A program made the position numbers and the translations under genes. A DNA stretch of 64,000 nucleotides from Chthonomonadia bacterium (GTDB lineage: Bacteria; Armatimonadota; HRBIN16): positions 251 to 64,250 of the forward strand of contig JABUFA010000021.1 of NCBI GenBank assembly GCA_013314755.1, read 5' to 3'. Positions 57,601 to 64,000 of the stretch are shown here, piece after piece; position 1 is the stretch's first letter, and every line of letters starts with the position of its first letter. The notes beneath the pieces are model-generated. The model saw nothing but the letters and a program-made list of their open reading frames with translations, did not search any database and had not been told where the DNA came from.

Positions 57601-57717
57601 CTAACCCTGCAACTGGAAGTTGCAGGCTCTGCTGAAGCATGGCTTCAGCACTCCATAAACATGCGCCAGCAGGTTTTGTCCTGTGTAGCCTGCGATTTCC
57701 AATCGCAAGGACACTCT
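57601..57717. repeat. REP/BIME-like palindrome mosaic, copy 3
   Basis: CCTGCAAC-TGGAA-GTTGCAGG, GCTGAAGC-ATG-GCTTCAGC, GTAG-CCTGCGATT-TCC-AATCGCAAGG. Confidence 0.85.
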
Positions 57718-57750
57718 CCTCATCCAGCCCCCCGACCTCTGCATAACCTC

Positions 57751-57779
57751 TTGACATGTTTTCGTGGTTACTCTATAAT
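57751..57779 (+). promoter_or_regulatory. perfect-consensus sigma70 promoter
   Basis: TTGACA-17 bp-TATAAT. Confidence 0.85.
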
Positions 57780-57810
57780 GGTCACACACTTTGCAGCAGA
57801 GGGAACAATC

Positions 57811-58200
57811 GTGTGCAGAGTAGCGCTGTTTTGCCAGGATGCACCCCTTCTTCAGAAACTGCGCAGTTGTCTGGAGAAAGAAGGCTTTACCGTGTGCATA
57901 CATCCCTGCCAGGCGGAAGCGGTGGCAGTGGTCGATTCGCCCTTAACGCCCGCGCAGGTGGAGGTGTTGCAGGCGTATGTGGAGGCAGGAGACGTGGAGG
58001 AGGTGGCGCGGTTAAGGGGTTGTTCAGCGGAGACAGTTCGGCGTCATCTGGCGGAGGCGCGGCGGCGGGTGGGGGCAAAGAACGTGGCGCAGTTAGTTCA
58101 CATTGCCTGGGCGTTAGGTTTGTTAACCATTGGGTATAACAAAAATTGGTCAAAAAAATGGCAAAAATTTGGTATTGACGCGGGGGGGGGGACGATGTAG
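57811..58200 (+). CDS. LuxR-type HTH regulator with truncated receiver-like N-terminus
   Basis: LTPAQVEVL...EEVARLRGCSAETVRRHLAEARRRVGAKNVAQLV...GLL; this is the 3' part of the supplied ORF 57046..58200; GTG start after GAGGG. Confidence 0.75.
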   Translation: MCRVALFCQDAPLLQKLRSCLEKEGFTVCIHPCQAEAVAVVDSPLTPAQVEVLQAYVEAGDVEEVARLRGCSAETVRRHLAEARRRVGAKNVAQLVHIAWALGLLTIGYNKNWSKKWQKFGIDAGGGTM

Positions 58201-58203
58201 AAT
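58175..58203 (+). promoter_or_regulatory. sigma70 promoter with G10 tract in the spacer
   Basis: TTGACG-C(G)10ACGATG-TAGAAT (17-bp spacer), preceded by three A-tracts near 58140, 58152 and 58163. Confidence 0.75.
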
Positions 58204-58238
58204 AGGGGGTAGAAAACTCAAAAAGGAGGAGGTACCCC

Positions 58239-58652
58239 ATGCAACGTGGTAGCTTCATCTACGCCCTGCTTGTTGCGGCGGTGGCTGTAGCGATTCTGTG
58301 GTACGGGACGCAGGAGGTTGTTGCCTCCAAGGATCCCATTCCTTATTGCCCACCCCCTGTTACGAAGCGGCAAAGTTACTGCAGTAACGATTATTACACG
58401 TGCCGTGACAGCACCTGTACAAATGCAGTTCAGGGGTGCGTGAATCTGCCGTCTTTGACAGTGTGTGGAGGGGTTGGAAGCGGAAAATTCGTTGCCACTC
58501 CGACGAAGCTCTATGTGTGCAAGCCAAGCACGAACCCCAAAGACACCTGCACGGAGTTTGGTCAGGAGTGCGGTCGTTACATTCTCTATGTGCTATCCAA
58601 CTGTAATATGCCCCTCTACGACAGGCCCGGATTTCAAATAACCTGTAGGTGA
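58239..58652 (+). CDS. secreted cysteine-rich small protein
   Basis: Strong RBS AAGGAGGAGG, signal peptide, 11 Cys in about 108 mature residues. Confidence 0.82.
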   Translation: MQRGSFIYALLVAAVAVAILWYGTQEVVASKDPIPYCPPPVTKRQSYCSNDYYTCRDSTCTNAVQGCVNLPSLTVCGGVGSGKFVATPTKLYVCKPSTNPKDTCTEFGQECGRYILYVLSNCNMPLYDRPGFQITCR

Positions 58653-58656
58653 GGAC

Positions 58657-59706
58657 ATGACTGTTTGGCTCAGGATTGCTATCAACATGATGTTGCTGTT
58701 TACACTTTGTGTTGCTGAGGGACAGTCCGCCGTCCCTCAGCCGTCTACACTGCTTGATGCCGCCGAGCAGCTGTATTCCGACTTTACTCAGCACATCCGC
58801 TCGTATAAATTGGAGGGGCAAAAGAAGGTCCGGCTTAGGCTGCGTGACCAGGCAATAGATGCCAATGGCCAGTGGCAGCCATGGCAGGAAACTGCCCGAT
58901 GGCGCGTTTGGCGGCATAAGAACCTTTTCATCTGGGATTGCACCAGGAGCGACGGGCAGCGAACCGTTTATAGCTTCGACGGTAAGCGCTACTATTGCTA
59001 CACCGGTTGGTCATCATCTGGCGTTATTCAAAACGCGCAATCATTGCGTCAAACAGACCTGCCGCCGTGCCAGAATAATTTTTACGACATATACCCATTT
59101 GATGTGGCTCACCTCCTGCAGTCTCCGCTAGCAGGGGGAAGCTGGCTCACTGAAGAACCGTTTTATTCCACCCTGCGCCGGTCGTTTCTGTCTTCTCTTG
59201 AAGTTGTACGTGCTAGCCCTTCGTCGCTGACATACACGTTGCGAATAAAGCCCTCAGGTCGCCTCGTCAAAACATCGGAACATCTACCGGGCGAGATCGT
59301 CTTCCAGCTAGACAGAGACCGCTTTCTTCCTGTCAAGATGTTATTGAGAATTGGCGAGCAGGAAGAGATGGAATACCGAGTTGTCTCATCACAGTGGTTT
59401 GGCACCTGCTGGGTGCCAACGGAAGTAAGCATCATCGCGCGAAGGGCAACACCGTCTGGAAAGAAAGCCGATATTGCAGAAACGCGCATCAGTTTGCGAG
59501 TACACGACGTCAATCAAAATATCCCGCCACAGGCTTTCCAGTTCGAGTTTCCTGCTGGAACACGCCTGACTGACGAAACCGGCGGCGAGTCCATTGTCGG
59601 CGTGCGATGGCTGCGCATTTTCATAGGTGTCAGCGTTGTGGTGCTGATAATGCTACTGGCAGGCATCTTGTTGCGGCGTTGGCTTGGCGTGGGGAGGAAA
59701 CAATGA
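58657..59706 (+). CDS. exported protein, LolA/RseB-like fold, with C-terminal TM anchor
   Basis: Signal peptide, beta-rich body, VNQNIPPQAFQFEFPAGT, then a hydrophobic helix followed by RRWLG. Confidence 0.65.
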   Translation: MTVWLRIAINMMLLFTLCVAEGQSAVPQPSTLLDAAEQLYSDFTQHIRSYKLEGQKKVRLRLRDQAIDANGQWQPWQETARWRVWRHKNLFIWDCTRSDGQRTVYSFDGKRYYCYTGWSSSGVIQNAQSLRQTDLPPCQNNFYDIYPFDVAHLLQSPLAGGSWLTEEPFYSTLRRSFLSSLEVVRASPSSLTYTLRIKPSGRLVKTSEHLPGEIVFQLDRDRFLPVKMLLRIGEQEEMEYRVVSSQWFGTCWVPTEVSIIARRATPSGKKADIAETRISLRVHDVNQNIPPQAFQFEFPAGTRLTDETGGESIVGVRWLRIFIGVSVVVLIMLLAGILLRRWLGVGRKQ

Positions 59707-60722
59707 ACCGTACACCTCCACGGCTGATTTATCTCCTGCTCGGAGTTGCGTTAGCATGTCTGATAGGGCTAATGTTTGTGACACGACCTGTAATGTCGCC
59801 TGATACTGCTCCAAGGATACGGGTTTTCCGCCTGCGTTTTGTTCCTCAGCGGTGGGTTTTGCCTACGGATATTGCAAGGCTCCATCGCACTAAGGTGCGA
59901 TTGTGCAACGATTCCGAAAAAGATATTACAGTTGATGTGGATACTTGCTGCGATGTGTCTGTAGAACCGAATCACAACATACGTGTACCATCCCGAAGAT
60001 GTGTCACCTTGCATCTGACCAGCCAGCCTACCGCAGACAGGAACTATCGCGGAGCCATCTTTGTGCGCGCCCGGGGTACGCAATCGCCCGTGGCTATGTT
60101 GCCCATTCTTGGAGACGTACGCGAAAGTATCCTATCATCGCCTACCCGCACGATTTCACTCCCAGCTCTGGTTAGAAAAAGCCCCGATACCTCCAGTAAA
60201 GTTGTCTGTGCCGCGCTGGCAGTTGACCCACCCTTTGAGGTGGTGGGATTGACGGCTGCGGCTACTTGGCTACAGGTGTGGTACCAACATCAAGACACCC
60301 AGACAGTTCTCTATGCTCAGTCTCTACCGTACGCTCGAGAGGGTGAATTTCGGGTTCCCCTTGTGGTTCGCTACCGTACACAACCGGGGCGGACAGGAGA
60401 GGACATCCTCACATTGGAAGGAGAAATTACCTCCATGGTACAGGTTCACCCTGAAAGGCTCTTTTTCGGTGTTCTGCAGCATGGAAAGCACGTGGCGGCG
60501 AAAGGGCTGACGATTCGCTCGAGGATGTATCAGAACAAGCCGGTCTCCGTTCGGCTCGACTGCCCTCTGTTCTCCGCCAATGTCCGACAAAGTGCTCCAG
60601 ATGCGTGGCAGGTAACAGTATCTTTTTCGCCTCTTCGCAAAGGCGAGATTACAGGTGAACTACGAGCCTATGTGGATGGGCAGTTGCTATGCAAGGTGCC
60701 GCTTTCCGCTTACGTTCAATAA
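59703..60722 (+). CDS. membrane-anchored Ig-like repeat protein (DUF1573/ASH-like)
   Basis: N-terminal TM; LCNDSEKDITVDVDTCCDVSV resembles the DUF1573 N...SCGC motif; VHPERLFFG starts another Ig-like module. Confidence 0.6.
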   Translation: MNRTPPRLIYLLLGVALACLIGLMFVTRPVMSPDTAPRIRVFRLRFVPQRWVLPTDIARLHRTKVRLCNDSEKDITVDVDTCCDVSVEPNHNIRVPSRRCVTLHLTSQPTADRNYRGAIFVRARGTQSPVAMLPILGDVRESILSSPTRTISLPALVRKSPDTSSKVVCAALAVDPPFEVVGLTAAATWLQVWYQHQDTQTVLYAQSLPYAREGEFRVPLVVRYRTQPGRTGEDILTLEGEITSMVQVHPERLFFGVLQHGKHVAAKGLTIRSRMYQNKPVSVRLDCPLFSANVRQSAPDAWQVTVSFSPLRKGEITGELRAYVDGQLLCKVPLSAYVQ

Positions 60723-62641
60723 CAGGTAGACGCACTGCAATCGCTGCAGCTGGATGGCTATGCTTTGTGGCAGTGCAACTCTTGTGGCTATATCCTTCCT
60801 CTGTTTTTTCCAAGATGACTTTGGCCGAGCTGTCTTTTATCGGTCAGGAGCTGGCTGGCAGCTACATCTCTTATTTCTTGCTGTGGTTTTGTGCGCTCGC
60901 CCAAGCGCTGCTCGTGCTTCGGGTCGTTGGACAAAACGCCACGAGGGAAATGGCGTCCCTGCTGTTGTTGTTTCCCTTATTGCTCATCTGGGATGCACTG
61001 TTCTCTCTGTATCCGGGCTATCCGGTGGAGCGAGTGAACCTACTGCTGTTGTCGTGGAACAGCGCGATAGTGTGCTTTTTGCTGATGAGACACCTCCGCG
61101 TGGGATGCATTGCTCAAGCAATCCCAACAGCCGTTGTGGGTTTAGAAACAGTAACCTCTCTACTGGAGTGGAATCCGCAGGATCGGCTCAGTGGCGGTTT
61201 TGGAAACCCATTGTTCTTCTATCCGCTGCTGGTGTATGGACTGGCGATTGCAGCGTCGGGGGCTGTAAGCACACCAACGCTTGTTGGGCAAGTTGGCTGG
61301 TCGGTGTTGGCGATTGTCTTTTCCGTCGGCTTGGTTGCTAACGCAACCCGTGCTGGTATTATCGCATGTGCTGTCGTTGTCATTTACTTGATCTACAACG
61401 CAGTGTGGGGTAGACTGGACGTGCGCCATCCACGACCGGTGATTGTAACGCTTCTGCTGGTTGGTATACTTCTCATGGTTGGCTGGCACCGACGCGCGGA
61501 ACTCGCCAACACTACGCTTACCCAAGAACGTTCGGCGTTGTCCCGTCCCGTACTCTGGTGGGCGGGGTGGCGCGTGACATTAGCAACACACGGACTGGGA
61601 TGCGGATTGGAGAATTACGCTAATGCTCAGAGCCAGCTAACTGAACTCATTCTACTAAAACAGTCCATGATGCCCAATGAGCCCCATCATCTTTTTCTGG
61701 GGATGCTTGCAATCTATGGCACCGGCGGACTATTGTACCTCTGCTACTTTCTATCCGCATCTTGGAAGCTGTCGTCCAATAGGTGCGGGAACTTGCGAAT
61801 TGCAGGGCGCGCTATCCTGCTGGCAACAATTGTCATGGGCATGTCGGATACGGTGCTATTCATTCCCCAACAAGCACGGGCTACCTTTTTCTTCCTGCAG
61901 TGGTGGTTCTTTGCACTGATTCCAGCCACTGAATCAGCGACCAGCCAGAACCGTGCTCCTCTTCCGTCCAAACATCTGCGTCTCTTCATGAAGCTGACCG
62001 CATTGGTATTTCTTATGGCAGCTGCTGGAGTGATGTACACCTACTCAGCAGTTGCTCCTTATCGTTCGCGATTGGACTTATTGGAGAGAAGACATGTTCT
62101 CCCCCTGTCCCACTATCCACCTGAGATGATACGGATGCTGATCGCACGCGAGGATCGAAATTTCTATTCGCACCGCGGAGTGGATTGGCGAGGGGTGCAC
62201 CGAGCACTTCGGGCTAATTTGAGAACCCTGAGATACGCACAGGGCGGAAGCACAATTACTCAGCAAATGGTGCGTGTCTTGGTTCTGGATCCAGCGATAG
62301 CCAAACGAAAAAGCATCTTACGAAAAATGGTAGAAATGTGGCTGGCAATAGAGGCCGAACGACGCCTCAGTAAGACAAGGATTTTGGAATTGTATCTGCC
62401 GACGGTCATCGAACCGCTTGACCTGCTGAGTAGCAGCGAAAAGGATGTTGCCCGTCTGTCTGTCGCAGAGATGGCCACGTTTGTCGGCTGGCTTCCTGTA
62501 TCTCTTCAGAGCGAGGTCGATTTTGCCCGCACAGTGGCTCTCCGAAATGCTGTTCTTTCCGCGTTAGACGAACAGCGCGCTGTCACATATTCATTGGCAC
62601 CGCTACAGATAGTTGCTCCGTGCCAATGTGGAGTACGGTGA
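60689..62641 (+). CDS. O-antigen ligase-like (Wzy_C) domain fused to a GT51 transglycosylase domain
   Basis: RLSGGFGNP, TRAG, SRPVLW, GLGCGLENY, PHHLFLGML..YG..G, then EDRNFYSHRG, QGGSTITQQ, RKMVE, KTRILELYL. Start uncertain. Confidence 0.8.
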   Translation: MQGAAFRLRSITGRRTAIAAAGWLCFVAVQLLWLYPSSVFSKMTLAELSFIGQELAGSYISYFLLWFCALAQALLVLRVVGQNATREMASLLLLFPLLLIWDALFSLYPGYPVERVNLLLLSWNSAIVCFLLMRHLRVGCIAQAIPTAVVGLETVTSLLEWNPQDRLSGGFGNPLFFYPLLVYGLAIAASGAVSTPTLVGQVGWSVLAIVFSVGLVANATRAGIIACAVVVIYLIYNAVWGRLDVRHPRPVIVTLLLVGILLMVGWHRRAELANTTLTQERSALSRPVLWWAGWRVTLATHGLGCGLENYANAQSQLTELILLKQSMMPNEPHHLFLGMLAIYGTGGLLYLCYFLSASWKLSSNRCGNLRIAGRAILLATIVMGMSDTVLFIPQQARATFFFLQWWFFALIPATESATSQNRAPLPSKHLRLFMKLTALVFLMAAAGVMYTYSAVAPYRSRLDLLERRHVLPLSHYPPEMIRMLIAREDRNFYSHRGVDWRGVHRALRANLRTLRYAQGGSTITQQMVRVLVLDPAIAKRKSILRKMVEMWLAIEAERRLSKTRILELYLPTVIEPLDLLSSSEKDVARLSVAEMATFVGWLPVSLQSEVDFARTVALRNAVLSALDEQRAVTYSLAPLQIVAPCQCGVR

Positions 62642-63687
62642 TGACGCGACGATTATCTCATAGATACCTTGTGGCAGCTTTGTTACTGGCTACGCTTGTC
62701 GCGCACTATACTGTGACGATGCAACAGGAGCAGTCTCCCTCTCCAAATGAACCTCTCTCGCGGTATCTGACATGCGTGGTGGATGATACGCAATATTCCC
62801 CCAAACCTAAGCTTGTGGCAATATGGTGGATTCAGTCGTGCAGTCAGTTTACAGATGTGGTGCAGATACCTGTGCGAATGCTGGTACGCTTTGATGTTTT
62901 CAGTAAGCCCGTGACGCTAGAAAGCCTGTATGACAACGGTGAGCTTGCCAGAACCTTGCCTTCTGTACTTATCTACAGCCTTGGTCTGCCAGTTCCCCAA
63001 ATTACCTTCTGTTCACTGCGAGACTTACTCAGCTCGCGAGCTTTGCAGTATCCAGTTACCCTGTTCTTGGACGAAGCTTACACAGTGTTCACCGAAACCT
63101 ATACTGTGGCCTTTCACACGGGCACTTTCAAAGCTGGCGAAGAAGAAATTCGCCACCTTTTGTCTGGTTACACGTTGTTTGGAGGCGAATGGTCACGCAT
63201 GTGGCGACAAAGAACAGTGCTGCGGAGTTTGCTCGACCGTGTGCACCAGCTGCCGCCAGGATGGGAATGGCTCCGTCTACTGCAAAAGAGGAAGGTGCAG
63301 TTTCATGTGCCTCCATGTACGCGTCCCGTCGGATGGAAAGGTGGATTGGAAGGCGACTATCTGTTCCTGGTTCCTGGCGGCTTTTCTGCTAAAGCCCTTG
63401 AACTGCGAAAAAGAGACGCTCGCTTTCTGACACGTGTTTCGCTTTGCTTTGACATGGACGTCGCACCTCCGGTACGCCAGCAGATAGTGGAACAGGTTTT
63501 TAACGAAGGATATTCCGTCTCTATCGCAATCGGGAATCAGCAGTGTGAGCAGTCATTTGATTTGCCTGACGAAGTTGGGCGGGTTACAAGGAGACTTCAA
63601 CATATTCTGAGCCAACATAAATTGACAGTCGAGCCGTTTTTGCGGAATCGCACGCTGATACTAACCATTCATAAAGAAGGAGGCTAA
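62641..63687 (+). CDS. membrane-anchored hypothetical protein, possible degenerate thioredoxin-like fold
   Basis: ATG overlaps the previous TGA; N-terminal TM; KLVAIWWIQSCSQF and YPVTLFLDE resemble TlpA-type motifs. Confidence 0.6.
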   Translation: MTRRLSHRYLVAALLLATLVAHYTVTMQQEQSPSPNEPLSRYLTCVVDDTQYSPKPKLVAIWWIQSCSQFTDVVQIPVRMLVRFDVFSKPVTLESLYDNGELARTLPSVLIYSLGLPVPQITFCSLRDLLSSRALQYPVTLFLDEAYTVFTETYTVAFHTGTFKAGEEEIRHLLSGYTLFGGEWSRMWRQRTVLRSLLDRVHQLPPGWEWLRLLQKRKVQFHVPPCTRPVGWKGGLEGDYLFLVPGGFSAKALELRKRDARFLTRVSLCFDMDVAPPVRQQIVEQVFNEGYSVSIAIGNQQCEQSFDLPDEVGRVTRRLQHILSQHKLTVEPFLRNRTLILTIHKEGG

Positions 63688-63693
63688 GGCACC

Positions 63694-64000
63694 ATGCGAA
63701 AGGGATTCACGCTGATAGAACTGCTGGTGGTGATAGCCATCATCGCCCTGCTGGCGGCGCTGATATTTCCTGTGTTCTTCCGTGCGAGAGAGGCGGGGCG
63801 CAAGGTTACCTGCTCCTCCAACGTGCGCCAGCTGGCGCAGGCATGGGTGATGTATGCGCAGGACTGGGACGAGCGCACGCCGGGCGGGGCATACACCCGC
63901 TTTGCGGACAAATATACAGGCAGAAGTCCCGATGGCAAGCGGTACACCGCGCTGTGGGCGCTGTTGCCCTACGTGCGCACCGAGAAGATATTCGTGTGCC
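63694..64000 (+). CDS. prepilin-type N-terminal / DUF1559 protein (runs off the window)
   Basis: [60 protein letters not shown]; high GC3 resumes here. Confidence 0.88.
   Translation, partial: MRKGFTLIELLVVIAIIALLAALIFPVFFRAREAGRKVTCSSNVRQLAQAWVMYAQDWDERTPGGAYTRFADKYTGRSPDGKRYTALWALLPYVRTEKIFVC

Noticed and set aside
57756-58139. 127-aa ORF listed in the track over the LuxR gene
   Set aside because: Wrong frame with low-complexity translation; the HTH is in the frame ending at 58200.
57600-63700. Prophage or integrative element explanation for the low-GC cassette
   Set aside because: No integrase, transposase, tRNA target or flanking direct repeats seen; only the composition shift supports acquisition.
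1-64000. tRNA, rRNA, tmRNA, SRP or RNase P genes
   Set aside because: No T-loop (GGTTCGA) cloverleaf or other signature recognised in the intergenic regions by eye; a covariance-model scan would be needed to exclude them fully.

Overview
A GC-rich (about 60% by eye) chromosomal segment with about 55 supportable CDSs. The gene content suggests a diderm Terrabacteria lineage, most likely Armatimonadota (inference from SLH/beta-barrel proteins and prepilin/DUF1559/H-X9-DG proteins). I found no tRNA, rRNA, CRISPR array or transposase. Most of the window is housekeeping: ubiX, yacL-ispDF, dsbD, PPi-PFK, gcvT-H-PA, ftcD, pncA, pilT, prkA-yeaH-spoVR, rlmN, gatC, prs-like, hflX, trxA, dnaA. Five things stand out. 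(1) The region downstream of dnaA is a probable oriC built from a non-canonical box, TTTTCAACA (6 exact and 8 one-mismatch copies, no TTATCCACA), and DnaA's DNA-recognition helix is altered to match (GKNHST instead of GGRDHTT). (2) A NikR operon with a visible operator carries a DUF1559 pilin-like gene ahead of a metal ABC transporter. (3) A lower-GC cassette at 58.2-63.7 kb encodes a Cys-rich secreted protein, a LolA-like membrane-anchored protein, an Ig-like protein, an O-antigen-ligase/peptidoglycan-transglycosylase fusion and a degenerate thioredoxin-like protein. Its promoter has a G10 tract in the spacer, a candidate phase-variation switch. (4) Two tandem OmpM-like SLH-porins, the first with a roughly 240-nt structured leader. 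(5) REP-like palindrome mosaics. Domain calls come from reading motifs by eye, not from database searches.
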